From: an uncultured virus (IMG/VR IMGVR_UViG_3300009431_000005)
Lineage: Duplodnaviria; Heunggongvirae; Uroviricota; Caudoviricetes
Length of the DNA: 64,000 nucleotides
Virus record (IMG/VR): IMGVR_UViG_3300009431_000005
Strand: one strand, 5' to 3'
The translations under genes and the position numbers were made by a program. The stretch's first letter is position 1; every line of letters starts with the position of its first letter. Below the pieces are notes generated by a model that was not told the DNA's origin, made no database searches, and worked only from the letters and a program-made list of their open reading frames with translations. Positions 62,559 through 64,000 of this stretch are shown in pieces.

Positions 62559-64000
62559 TCACCCCTCGAAGTCCAGCTCCTTCTTGGGCCGGGTGAGCTT
62601 CTTCTTCTTGACCTTCTTCTTGCCCTTCTTCGTGACCTTCTTCTTGCGCGTCAGCCCGACCGACTCCTTGACCGCGTCGACCTTCATCGCGTGCGCCTCG
62701 ATGTCGCCGCCGATCCGCGTACCCGCCACGTCGAGAACTCCAGTCGAGGAGATCAGGCAGCAATCCCGTCGGATGTCGCACTCGATCGTCCGGCCGTCCT
62801 CAACGTCCCGTAGCCCGGCAGCAAACAGACGCGCACGACCGTCGATGCGTTCGTCGTCCGTCTGGCAAAAGGCGAAGGCCGCGTCCACGATGGCCGCCTT
62901 CTCGAAGGCTTCCGCGAAGTCCTCGATGGTGATGACCTCCTTCTGCAGCGCGGCCTGCTTCGCCTGCGAGCCCGTCCACACCGCAGCGTCGAACTCGCCA
63001 GCGATCGCGCGCAGGTCCTCGTAGATCCCCGCCTGCTCGTGCCGCATCTCACCGAGCCGCCGCTCCGGCTTCATGATGTCGGCGTAGTCGACGATGATGA
63101 CGTCGGGATAGAACTCGCGCGAGGCCAGGAGTGCGAGGTGCGAGCGCACCGTCGAGATCGTCGCCGAGCGCGTCGGGTACGACTTCACGAAGAGGCGGCC
63201 AGGGAGGAGCTTCGTCGCGCGAGCCTTCAGCTCCTGCACGTACCGTATCGGGTCGCTGCGCTTGTACTTCACGCGCAGCCCCATCAGGCGGTCGTCGTAC
63301 CGCTGCGTCACCTTCTGGTCGTTCATCTCCAGCGAGTAGTGGGCGACGTTGAGACCGGACACGTCGCTCAGCGCACCGAAGCCGATGTTGATGAGCGTCG
63401 TGCTCTTGCCGCGCTTCGGCGGTGCCAGGATCACTCCCAGCTCGCCGCGTCCGAGACCTCCCGCGAGAACCGCGTCCAGGTGCTCGATGCCCGTGCGGAC
63501 GCCGGTAAACACCTTCTGCGGATCGGTGTACCACACGGCGCGGTCGTCGATGTCGGCCCGGTAGTCAATCCCGATCTCCAGGAGATCCTCACCGACGAGC
63601 AGCGCGTCGTCGATCAGCGGGCGCACGTCGCGGTTGCCCTTATCCAGTCGTCCGGCTGCTTCGACGATCGCGTTGACGAGTGCCTGCTGCTTGCCGAAGG
63701 CCACCGCCTTCTGCATCACGGCGTGCGCGTCCTGAACGTCGTGCCCGTACAGCTCGCCGAGCGCCGACTCGACAGGAGCGAAGTCGTCCTTCCCGACGAG
63801 CGGGCGGATGTCCTCGATCAGAGTCGGGTGCGTCGGGAGGCGACGCTCTTCGTCGATGTGCGCGAGGAGCGCGCGTGCGATGATCCGGTTCGCGTCAGAG
63901 ACGAAGAACGTGTGGTCGAGTGCCGTGCGGTACCGGATGCAGAATCCCGGCACGCGGCACATCACCGCCAGGATGTGATCCTGGAAGGGAGCGCCGAAGT
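62559..64000 (-). CDS. replicative helicase, DnaB/gp41-like (5' end outside window)
   Basis: TGIEHLD...GGLGRGEL..ILAPPKRGKST, YSLEM, IIVDYADIM, WTGSQ; frame stays open to position 64000. Confidence 0.9.
   Translation of the reverse strand, partial: FGAPFQDHILAVMCRVPGFCIRYRTALDHTFFVSDANRIIARALLAHIDEERRLPTHPTLIEDIRPLVGKDDFAPVESALGELYGHDVQDAHAVMQKAVAFGKQQALVNAIVEAAGRLDKGNRDVRPLIDDALLVGEDLLEIGIDYRADIDDRAVWYTDPQKVFTGVRTGIEHLDAVLAGGLGRGELGVILAPPKRGKSTTLINIGFGALSDVSGLNVAHYSLEMNDQKVTQRYDDRLMGLRVKYKRSDPIRYVQELKARATKLLPGRLFVKSYPTRSATISTVRSHLALLASREFYPDVIIVDYADIMKPERRLGEMRHEQAGIYEDLRAIAGEFDAAVWTGSQAKQAALQKEVITIEDFAEAFEKAAIVDAAFAFCQTDDERIDGRARLFAAGLRDVEDGRTIECDIRRDCCLISSTGVLDVAGTRIGGDIEAHAMKVDAVKESVGLTRKKKVTKKGKKKVKKKKLTRPKKELDFEG

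Noticed and set aside
1..64000. Alternative genetic code
   Set aside because: Conserved genes are full length under the standard code and end in TGA, TAG or TAA with normal coupling

Overview
A 64 kb, very GC-rich segment of a large tailed dsDNA phage genome with T4-like head genes. Essentially all real genes are on the minus strand, and the long plus-strand ORFs in the track are antisense shadows. Right to left (direction of transcription) it has: (1) replication/recombination genes: DnaB-like helicase (truncated by the window end), primase, UDG-fused family A polymerase, NUMOD4-HNH endonuclease, UvsY-like, SSB, RecA, ParB-like, 5'-3' exonuclease, SbcD, SbcC, resolvase, HU. (2) Packaging genes: putative TerS, TerL, gp20-like portal, a second HU, a head morphogenesis-like gene. 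(3) A Ro60/TROVE gene followed by four Y RNA-like genes. (4) Small accessory genes including a degenerate DNA ligase, an adenine MTase and ThyX. (5) A membrane/lysis-like cluster. (6) A block of unusual acidic/basic mosaic proteins. The main candidate new system is at ~1.1-21.6 kb: giant proteins built from 55-115 aa basic modules separated by stereotyped acidic (L/V)xE-S...(L/V)DE-A/G linkers that match T4 prohead-protease sites, plus three small genes with a shared leader ending in the same motif. I read this as a protease-processed capsid cargo/effector polyprotein system (inference). Other highlights are a dispersed 19-bp palindrome (5 copies seen; candidate ParB site), KKKVTKK-type basic tails on many DNA-metabolism proteins, and a stand-alone domain hinting at a Planctomycetota host. 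All family calls are from motif recognition by eye; no searches were run.
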